Positions 1 through 8,700 of a DNA stretch of 13,231 bases are shown piece by piece (position 1 is the first letter of the stretch; each line of letters opens with the position of its first letter). The notes under the pieces were generated by a model. That model ran no database searches. It was given only the letters and a program-made list of their open reading frames with translations, and was not told the DNA's origin. The position numbers and the translations under genes are program-made. The stretch is from assembly GCA_000388065.2 (NCBI GenBank), contig KB932209.1, one strand, 5' to 3'. This DNA is from Fonticula alba ATCC 38817 (lineage: Eukaryota > Protista > Nucleariida).

Positions 1-1552
1 CTCTCGGGGTCGCCTTGGTACGATGCTTCGGCCGCGAGCGCCGGTCGGTGGATGCTCCGGTTGACTGACACTGCCCCTCCCTGCCCTGTGCCCTGCCCTC
101 CTCCCGGTCCCTGCCGCTTGTAGCTCTGGGTCTCGGCATCGGTCTCGGCCTGTTGTTCGTCCTGTTGTTGCTGGCGGTCGTGGTGTTGCTGTTCCTTCGG
201 CACCGGCGGGCGCCGGCGGCGAAGAAGTCCCCTGGCGAGGAGGATGCCCATGCGACGGTGCTCAACACAATTGTCGAGTTGTCACTGCCCGGCAGCATCA
301 TTGTCAATATCATGGCCGATTTCTCGCCCCTCGGCGAGGAGAACCTCGGCGCCGGGACCCAGGCGTCCGTCTATGCCGCACGTGCCGTCGGGGCCGGGAT
401 CTCCGATCGCCTCAAGTGTCCGCACACCGTCGCCATCAAGCGCCTCAAGGGTGCGCCTTCCTGCCTCGGTCGCATGGTGGCCAGCTGCCCTGGTGGCCCC
501 TCTTCCCTCGCATTTGCCCCCGCGGGGCCCCCCCCCCCCCCCCCCTGCCGGTGTTTAACCATTGTCCCTTTTTGCGTGCGATTCAGCCGACACCTTGCGG
601 CCCAGCCAGGCGCCGCTCTTCCAAAATGAGGTTGCCCTCATGTGGTACGTCACCATGCGAGGCCCGGGGCGGGATGGCTTGAATCACCGCGTGCCGGCTC
701 TCACACTGGACCTTCTGCACGCGCGCCAGGATGCTGCGCGATGCGCCGAACGTGGTGCAGCTGTACGGCTACTCCGAGACGCCACCGGCCATTGTCATGG
801 AGCGCTTCCAGGCCAGCCTGGACACGCTGCTCCATTCGGATGTGGCTCTGTCGCCGGTGCAGCTTCTGGACATTGTCCAGCAATGGGCCACCGGGCTTGA
901 GGCCATGCACGCGCATGGGGTGGCCCATTGCGACCTGAAGCCCGGCAATGTTTTCGTAGCCCTCCGGGCGGATGGCGGTTGGGCTGCCTCGCTCGGGGAC
1001 CTGGGCACCTCGCGGAACCTGAGCACCGACCGGTCCTCGGCCCTTGTCAACCAGCCGCCCGAGCTGAGTGCGCTGACAGCGCGATACGCGGCGCCCGAGG
1101 TGCTGGCCGCCTTCCAGCGCCGGCGCCCGCTGGACACCGAGCTCTACCTTCCGGCGGACATCTACTCGGCGGCGGTGCTGCTGTGGGAGTGCCTCCACCG
1201 CCGGGTCCCGTGGCAGGGTGCGTGCTGGGATGGTGTTTTCTTTTTTCTTCGGTCTCCCCCCGTCGACCGCTCGTCGTCCCCGAGCCAGGGCCTAACTTTT
1301 CCGCTTCCTCCCCATGTCCCCCCCCCCCCCCCCCCCCCCCGGGGCCTGCGTGCAGGCCAAGGCTTCGAGGAGATTGCGGCACAGGTCCTGGCCGGCGACC
1401 GGCCAGACGCCGGTGGCTCGGTCCCCCTCGCCGCTGACCCTCTGGCCGACATGCTGCCGCTTGCCTGGGACTCCAACCCCCATTCCCGGCCGATGGCTGC
1501 CTCTTTCCGTCTCAAGTGCTCGATGGCCTGGCTGGCTGCCGGGGGGGATTAG
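1..1552 (+). CDS. Receptor kinase A, 3' part (TM + juxtamembrane + TKL-like Ser/Thr kinase, non-RD), 5'-truncated by the window. Exons 1-17, 124-450, 587-644, 730-1217, 1356-1552
   Basis: The spliced frame is continuous (intron phases 1,1,2,1). It gives TM LGLGIGLGLLFVLLLLAVVVLLFL + RHRR (126-197), G-loop LGAGTQASVY, VAIK, NEVALM, HCDLKPGN, GDLG, YAAPE, DIYSAAVLLW, and C-lobe AWDSNPHSRP, with stop TAG at 1550-1552. It aligns without indels to gene B across both N-lobe splice junctions. Confidence 0.92.
18..123 (+). other. Intron (106 nt, phase 1) just before the TM exon of gene A
   Basis: GTACGA donor, CTGAC branch site at 65-69, pyrimidine tract, TAG acceptor. The same intron is at 11458-11563 in gene B. 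Confidence 0.9.
451..586 (+). other. Intron (136 nt, phase 1) in the gene A kinase N-lobe
   Basis: GTGCGC...TTCAG. Removal gives KRLKADTLRPSQAPLFQNE, matching gene B KQFKTHRLKPTQGPLFQNE. Contains C18 at 528-545. Confidence 0.9.
645..729 (+). other. Intron (85 nt, phase 2) in gene A
   Basis: GTACGT...CCAG. Removal gives ALMWMLRDAPNVV, matching gene B ALMWLLRDMPGVV. Confidence 0.9.
1218..1355 (+). other. Intron (138 nt, phase 1, no in-frame stop) in the gene A kinase C-lobe
   Basis: GTGCGT donor, CTAAC at 1292-1296, C23 at 1318-1340, GCAG acceptor. Removal gives VPWQGQGFEEIAAQV and deletes a low-complexity FFFL/poly-P stretch. Confidence 0.85.
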
Positions 1553-1749
1553 CCGGCCCCCGGCGCTGGCGGGCGTCCCTCTCACAGGTTGTTGTCGTCG
1601 CCGCCGTCCCGATGCGGTCGAACAAAGGAGACAAGAGGCACGGGGCGCTCCCAGCCCCATAGAATGTCTCTCCGTACTTGGCGCGAAGCATCGAATATAC
1701 ACATTCCCCCCCCCCTTTGGCAATCTCCCTCTCGCCCGCCCTCCGGGGG

Positions 1750-3520
1750 ATCGCTGGTTCCGATCCTGTTGCCCGAGGCCCGGTGCCGTGGCGGCCGGTG
1801 GCCAGGGCGCATGTGTGCCACGTGAAGGCCGGGGGGGGGATCTACGGGCAGTTTCACCGTGCTGCCAATGGATCGTGCTTTGGCTCCATCCCGGTGCGCC
1901 ACCGGATCCAGGGGGCCTCGCTTGGGCGCCGCCCCCGCGGGCGGGGTCCTCCGAGCGATCTCCCCGCGGCATGGCCGAGCATTTTCCACCACCGCCGGAG
2001 GGGCGCCTCACCGGCGCCATTGTTTCGGGTCCCTGCCCCGAGTTCCGGCTTGGCGGCCTGCGCGTGCGGCCTCGACCGAGTGTCGGGCTGTCGCCTCCAC
2101 GCCTCCACGGCATGCCTGCCTCGGGGCCGATTTCCCGGGAGGCGGGATTCCTGGCTATTTGTCGAGAATGGCCGGCGCAGCCTGGGTTTGTTCGACGGTT
2201 CTTGCGGATGGCTCCCCTCGGGAACGACCCACGGTGCCCTGCTTGCTGGGCCTGTGTCCTGCATTTCGGCCATCCGTGGGACGATTGGGCTTGCGCCAGG
2301 AAAGGGGCGGGGGGAGTGCGGAAGATCTCCCATCGGCCGGGGCCGCTCAAGCAGCCTGACCTGGTGCACGCCGTGGACTGGGCCCCTTTCTGTCCCAGGG
2401 GCCAGCCCTTTTGAGGGCCAATGGTGCATGCCCTTCAAGGGAGGTTCCTTCTGTCCCCGCCAGGTCGGCAGCATTCCCGGGCAGATGGTCCGGCTGGATG
2501 CCGCTCGGGCGGGGCTCCCACAGCCGGGTGGGCATTTCCCCCTGGTGCCTCGGTGCCAGGCAGCTCGCGCCGCCGGCATCCACCCGACCGATGGTCGTTC
2601 CTCTCTTCCGGCGGCTGGCCTGCTGTCGGGGCCATGCCCTGGTCCGGCTGTTTCCCCGAAGACGAGGCAGGCACCCTGCGCCGGGGTGGCAGCAAAGGTG
2701 CCCGGGCGCCGAGCCCGCGAATGCCCAGTGGCCGAGAGCGCGTCCGCTGGGCCAGTGCCCACCCGGCACGCCCGGCCGACTGCCATGCGGCTCGTGTGCG
2801 CCCCCGTGAAGGGGGGACTTCCGAGCTGGATGGGCAGCTTCCGATGGTGGTCCCTGGTGGAGGCGCGGCAGCCAGGCGCCTGGCCGCCATGCTGCCGGAC
2901 AAGCGCGACAATGGGGCGGCCCGCCGCGCCTCGCCGGTGACAAGGCTCCAGCCGACATGTCGATGCGGGGTCGCGTTCCCCTCGGCCACCCGGCGGGTCT
3001 CGGTCAGCGTCGGCCTCTTGCGATGTCGGCCACCGACTGTGCATTCGAGGGAAGGACCACTCGGGGAAGGTGCCAGGAAAATGCACGTGGCTGATCGGCC
3101 GCCCGTGGGCTTGGCAGGCTTCGGGCAATTTGGCCCAGCCCTCAGCTGTGGCCTTCGTCGCCGCATGGCCAGCCCCGGGCACCGGTGACATCTCCTTCGG
3201 ATCGATGGCGCCTCGTGTCTGGGCGCCATCGATGGACCGCGTGCGAGTCGTCATTTTCATTGGCTGGCTCAGGACCGGTGGCCGGGTCTTCTGCCCGAAG
3301 CATGCCGGCTGGTCTCTCGGCCAGGGGGTCAGACAGATTGCATGGGCAGCCCGAACCTCGCCCCGGGTCTTTGGGCACGAGCCCGGCCTTCTCCCCCGCA
3401 CCGGGCCTGTCTGGACATCCATCGTGGCGGACCAGCTTGCGGGTGTCGGTCCCGGCGACCCCATGCCGGCCTGCCCCCCTGCCCCGATTCCCTCCCTGCT
3501 GGACTGCGGCACGGACCACT
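1750..3520 (+). pseudogene. Probable decayed ectodomain of a family paralog
   Basis: Three short motifs are collinear with gene B exon 1 but lie in three different frames: EFRLG (2040-2054 vs 5997-6011), GADFPGG (2123-2143 vs GADFPAG 6060-6080), and WAPSMDRVRVVIFIG (3220-3264 vs FAPSGTLIRVRSVLFPTG 6759-6812). Boundaries are approximate. Confidence 0.45.
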
Positions 3521-4189
3521 GTCGGCACGGGGCGCATGCCGTGGGCCGGGAATCGACGTGGCGCCAGCCGGCCCCCCCGGCATCTGGCGCACGTCCAGCC
3601 GGGGCACCGGCGCCAATGTCGGCCTGTCGGGCGCCGGGGGGTGGACTCCTCCTTGGCTGCCGGTGGGCACGGCTGCCCAGTCCCGCTCGGGTGCACCGTC
3701 GCGAGTGGCGGTCGCGCTTTTTTCTTTTCGCCCCGCTCGTTCGCCAAGTGTGCGCCTCGATGCCGCGGGACATGGTGCGACGCGGACATGCGCCCGGGAG
3801 ATGTCGCGGCAAAGTCGCTGACGCGCTTGGGCTGTGGTGTTCCCGCGGAATGGGCGCGCCGGGCAGAATGGCTCCTGGACAGCCAGGGCGCCAGCTCCCC
3901 CTCCCCTCCGGCTCCCGCGGCATTCCGACGCTCCCTTGACCGGCCGCATGTCCTGGGGCCGAGATTCCCTTCCGGGTCTCGGCGGCAGGCCATCGTGTCG
4001 GGGGATGGGCGTCGCTCTGGCGTCTGTGATGGAGGGGCCGAGCGGGCTCTTCCCCCCCCCCCGGGCCGCCGCCCTTCGCGAGACCTTGGTTGTTCGAGCA
4101 CCGAGCCCCATGCCCTGGCGATGGGCCTCATTCAGGCCCCGGCAGTGCGGCGCATCCCACTCGGGCCTGCGCCATGGGTGGGGCCGTCG

Positions 4190-4342
4190 ATGCGCCTTCA
4201 CGCAGGGGGCGGGCTGCTCGTTGGCTTGTTGTCCCTGGCTGTGCTCCTGGTCCATGGCCCATGTGTGTCGCACTGGTGGTCCGGCAGGCATGCGCCGGGG
4301 CCCGGACGCGGGACCCCAGCCCCCGAAGCCGGGCCGAGATAA
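4190..4342 (+). pseudogene. Short ORF with a signal-peptide/TM-like start (MRLHAGGGLLVGLLSLAVLLVHG), possibly a paralog remnant
   Basis: ATG 4190, a hydrophobic stretch, then stop TAA at 4340-4342. Faint Cys-repeat-like fragments follow (e.g. SGVCLS..W.AGTW near 4420-4470). Confidence 0.25.
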
Positions 4343-5096
4343 TGGTCAAGCTCGCGTGCGACAGGCGAGGCTGACGACTCGGGCCCTGCGCGGCAGGGCC
4401 ACCGCCAGTCGCAAGCATCTGGCGTCTGCCTGTCGGAGATCCTTGCCTGGCAGGCCGGCACCTGGCCGGGCGGGCGCATTCCCCGTCGAAGGCAGGCGGC
4501 CTGCCAGCGCTCTGCGGCACGAGAAGACCGGGCGCTCCGAGTGGTCCCAGCTGCTCGGTTGGGGTGTCCGAGCTTGGCTGGCGGCTCCCGGACGCGCCAT
4601 ACCCGGTGCGGTATCTCCGGCCGCCGGTGCCGGTCCCTTCCCGGCCGATGCCTCCCGGCAGGCCGCTCGCCCTGCCAGGCCGGCAGTGCTGCGGCCCCAG
4701 GTGGCTGAGCAGCGCCGCGAACGGGCGCCCGTCATTCCCGGCAATGGTCAACGCACCGGCGGACTGATGCTCTCACGGCAGGCCTAGTCATGGGACACAG
4801 TAGCATGCAACGCCTCCAAGGGGGCGGACCATCCGGACCCCTGCTCCCCGCGCCAGTACCGCAGAGACCCCGGGCCGCCGCCCCGCCGGGGGGGGGGGGG
4901 GGGCAGCGACATGCGCGTCGAGGGGGACATATGGCCTGCGGGCTGGCCGCTTGAAGTTGCACTGTCTCCTTCGGTCCCGGCATCTGCGTGTGCCCGGCTG
5001 GCGGTGGTTCCCGGGGATCCAGGCAGGGGGCAGGACGCGTGTTTGCTCTGCTGCTTGGGCATCGGCGTCGAGACATATGGCCCCTATGGGTGGCTG

Positions 5097-5274
5097 TTCG
5101 CCGCGCAGGTGCTGGCCGGGGGGGGGCGGCCCAGCGCGGCCGGCCGTGGGGGGCTCGGGCCCGAGTCGCGCTTTGAGGACCTGCTGCAGCTGGCCTGGGA
5201 CTCGAACACGTGCGCCCGGCCACGCTGGGCCGCCCCGCAAGAACAACATGGCTGGTATTACTGCCAGAGGTGAC
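5097..5274 (+). pseudogene. Frameshifted remnant of a kinase C-terminus (third paralog)
   Basis: FAAQVLAGGGRP...FEDLLQLAWDSNTCARP matches gene A IAAQVLAGDRP...LADMLPLAWDSNPHSRP. Then 16 nt replace 21 nt, and similarity resumes in another frame: KNNMAGITARGD (5239-5274) vs KCSMAWLAAGGD*. No upstream kinase subdomains were found. Confidence 0.8.
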
Positions 5275-5756
5275 ATGCAAATTCGCTCTGGGCGATTGTC
5301 AAATTAGCACGCGTCGCACGCGTCTCCTCCCATCGCGGCCCCCTGCAACTCCCAATGCATGCAGACGCCAGCCAATCTCGCTCATTTCGGCGTGGACGGT
5401 CTCGACCCATCCCCGGAAACCCTCGTCGTTTACGCCGCCAGCCTGCTCTTCGCGCTCATTCCCGAGTCACCAGGAGCACCAGGAGCTTTTCCATCCCCCC
5501 GGCCCCCCCCCCCCCCTTTCGAATGCCCGGAGGATTACACGCAGGGGGCATGCATCACTCCGGGCCTTTGGTGGCTGTCCGGAGCCAAAGCGGCCAGTTC
5601 CAGGGGGAAAAAGCAACAACGAAAAACCAACCCCCTTGGAGCCCGCCGCCCACCAGGCCGTTGGTCAGACACTCCCCCCCCCCTCCCCTTGTGTTCTTTT
5701 TCCCTCCCCCTTTCCCCCGTGTCCCTGTCCTCGACTAGCTCGCTCCCCGGGCTGCC

Positions 5757-8700
5757 ATGGTGGGCCAACAGCCGGTGCTGATGCACCTGATCCGCCTCCT
5801 GGCCCTTGTCATCATCGCTGCGACTACCTCGCACGCGCAAGACGTGGCCTACTGCCAAGCGCCGCATTCGCTCATGGGTGACGCTCAGGGCATTCTTCTC
5901 CAAGCAACCGGCTCACTTCCGACGGGTGCCGTGCTCTTTGGCCAGTCCAAGGTGGAGATCTTCCAGCAGGATTACATCTCCTTCGGCGCGGCTGGGGAAT
6001 TTCGCCTCGGGCTTGCCTTCAATCCGAACCAGGCGAGCCAGGCCTTTTACCCCCCCGGGGGAGCGGATTTCCCCGCCGGTTGGGAACGACACATCCTGTC
6101 AAGTCCGGGCGATTCCCCCTTGCTGCTGGCAGTTGGACCGGCAGAGGCTCGTCTCTTCTCCTCCACAGGCAACTCTCCGCTGAGTTTCCCCAGCCAAGCC
6201 TTGGGAAGGCTGCTTGCGACATCATCTCCGCGCCCGAACCAAGCCATCCTCCTTACTCTCCTGCCAAACTCTTTTTTCCTTCTCGTGCACATGTTCGCTA
6301 ATAGCAGCCACCACAAAGAAATCTCCCCCATGCTCCCCGGTGGCGTGCTTCCGGGAAGTGCCATGCGCGCTGCGCGTGCTGCCGATCCTTGCGTGTTTTA
6401 TATCTGGCAGCACAAGAACCTGCTGCGTCTCACCTACTCGTATGATGACAATTCCGTGGATGTAGACCGATCTCTACTGAATGCGGTGATCCTTGATCTT
6501 GTGCCAACCAGACTCTCATCAGACACCGGGCCCGACAGCGAGGACCTGCTCCTTCTGATGGAGGGGGGTCATTGGCATGTGCTGCGGGATGGCCAGCTGC
6601 CTGTAAATGGGGCCCTGGGCGAGGGGATGCCGCAGCCGGACTTTGCTCCCGGACAAATCCTGGCCCCCTTCAGTCATGAACTGGTTGATGGGGCCCGCAC
6701 CTCGATCGCCTTCTACCGGGACGACGGCATCGCCGGGCCAAAATTCTGGCGCTTGGAGTTTGCCCCCAGTGGCACACTGATCCGCGTGCGGTCGGTACTT
6801 TTCCCGACCGGCGCCACCGACCTGGAGGCCCTCAGGCCGATGTTCCTTCGAATCGATGACTCGGACGCTGTGCGGCTCGTATTGGCCAACTCCCGGGCAT
6901 ACTTCGACCCGGTGGACTTTGGCTGCGGCGATCCGGCCAACACCCTCCCTGGGGATGAGTCAATTACTTGCCTTTCAAGCAGCAGCTCCGGCTGGACATG
7001 CAATACCGGCAGGGTCCCCGGCATCTTTGGCAAGGGCGAGCGTCTGTGCAATGCCTGCCGGGACGGCTTTGGGGCTTTCCTCAATCCGAATGGGGGTACG
7101 GCTGGTGGCTATCTTCTTTTGCCAGCCTTCCGTGTGTGTGTGTGTGTGTGTGTGTGAACGCGAGCGGAAACGTATGCCGGGGAGGAGGCGCGGGGTCAGG
7201 AAAACATGACAAAAGCCCCCCCCTCCCCAACAATAGGGACACACACTATGTCGCTAACCTCAAGCGCCCCATCGGAAACTCTCCTCGCGCCCGGATGCTC
7301 CTCCCTCCCCTTCTCTGTGTGCCCCTTGAATAGCTGTCGCATGCACAGCCTGCTCGACACCTAATTGTGCCACATGCGACTCCAGCACTGGCGAGTGCCT
7401 GGTTTGCCTGACTGGGTATCTGGTTGTCATCTCGGATCAAACATTCTGTCTGGAAAGCTGCCCGACCGGCCTCCAGCCCGTGGGCAATGTATGCCAAGAT
7501 GCCAGCATCGGCACTCGCATCCAATCGGATGTGAGCTTCACCCAGGCAACGGTCAGCGGTACCGCCTGGAACCCGGCCGGACAGGACCCGGTGGATGTGC
7601 TCCTTCCGACGGTGCTTCTAGTGCAGGCGGGAGCCGTGTACCTGCCCTGGAGCCAGGACGTCCGGCCCCCGCGTTTGCTTGGCCTCCGGTCCAGCGGCCT
7701 GCCCCTACTGATCACCCCCATGAGCACGGTCGCCGAGGAAAACCTCCAGTCGGTTGATGCCATTGCCCCGGGGAATTGGCCGTCGATGGGCCAGTCCAGC
7801 CTCCGGGGCGCCATCGAAATCCTCCAACCAAGCTCCGAGTCGGGATACCACGACGCCGTGGTTGTCTATTGCAGCAGCGCGGGCCTGTCCTTCGTCTGGC
7901 TGAAATGTCTATCGGTCCCCGTGGGCCCTGTGGGCACGCCCTGCAAGGCTGACTTGTCTCTGTCGTCACAGAACGAGAGACCATGTGACGCGATTGCGGC
8001 TTTTGCGGATGGCCGAACGATTGCCGTGACCGACAGCACGGGGACCCGGCTTTTTCGGTTCTCCTCAGGCGGGAGCTTTTCCCAGGTGCCCCTCTTCGGG
8101 GGGCCCGGCTTGCCGGTCCTCCTGCCGGGTCCCTCGTCGGCTGGGGATGCCCAGCTCATGGTTCTCAGCGATTCCCACGGGAATCTAACGGTGTCGCCGC
8201 TGGCCATGCATTTGGCAAATGACCTGCGCTTGTCTTCGGTGCGGATGAATGTGTTCGCCAGGAACAAGCCGGCGGGCCTTCGGCCCTTGGTCCTGCCGAC
8301 TCCCAGCCGAGCCGGCCAATCCACGGGCGACTTCCTGGCCAGCTGTCTGGAAGCCGACCCCAATGGAATGGGCACCCTCTGGACGGTGTCTCATCTGCCC
8401 GGGGGGTGGGCTCCTCGCGGTCAGACTGCCGGATTGCCCAGTCGATCGCACACCCTGCTGGCGCTGGCAGATACCCCGGACGATTACCGCATCGAGGCCG
8501 TTCCTCTGGAGGGCATGCCCCTGACTCCGGGGATGCTTGTGCTGATGGTGGACAGATTCTTCGCCATGGCCATCCTCCACTGTGAGCCGGACCGGGCCAA
8601 TTGCTTCTTCCTGCCTGCTCGGAAAGTCACCCTGCCGGAGGAACTCCTGTTGACCGCCGCTGCCATGTTTGTTGCCGTGCCTTCGCCATCCTCGGGAATA

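Larger units (their letters stand above)
528..5683. repeat. Scattered homopolymer tracts: C18 528-545, C23 1318-1340, C10 1706-1715, C11 4052-4062, G16 4888-4903, C14 5503-5516, C10 5674-5683
   Basis: Counted directly. All lie in introns or in intergenic/pseudogenic DNA. Exact lengths may be sequencing-uncertain. Confidence 0.9.

Noticed and set aside
930-1000. Tyrosine kinase (EGFR/insulin-receptor-like) assignment suggested by the furin repeats
   Set aside because: The catalytic loops are DLKPGN and DIKSGN with the Ser/Thr-type Lys, not DLAARN/DLRAAN.
1854-3923. 689-aa minus-strand ORF and the other long overlapping ORFs in 1292-4787
   Set aside because: They are Arg/Pro/Gly/Ala-rich translations with no motifs, expected from stop-codon scarcity in GC-rich DNA, and several frames are open at once.
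7096-7157. C-terminus GTAGGYLLLPAFRVCVCVCV* making 5757-7157 a stand-alone secreted protein
   Set aside because: This is read-through into an intron with a good donor and a GT microsatellite, and splicing to 7334 continues the Cys repeat in phase. A secreted isoform cannot be excluded but has no support.
7263-7264. Alternative acceptor CAAG just after the CTAAC branch site
   Set aside because: The resulting frame hits TGA at 7327-7329 and encodes a pyrimidine-tract-like peptide.
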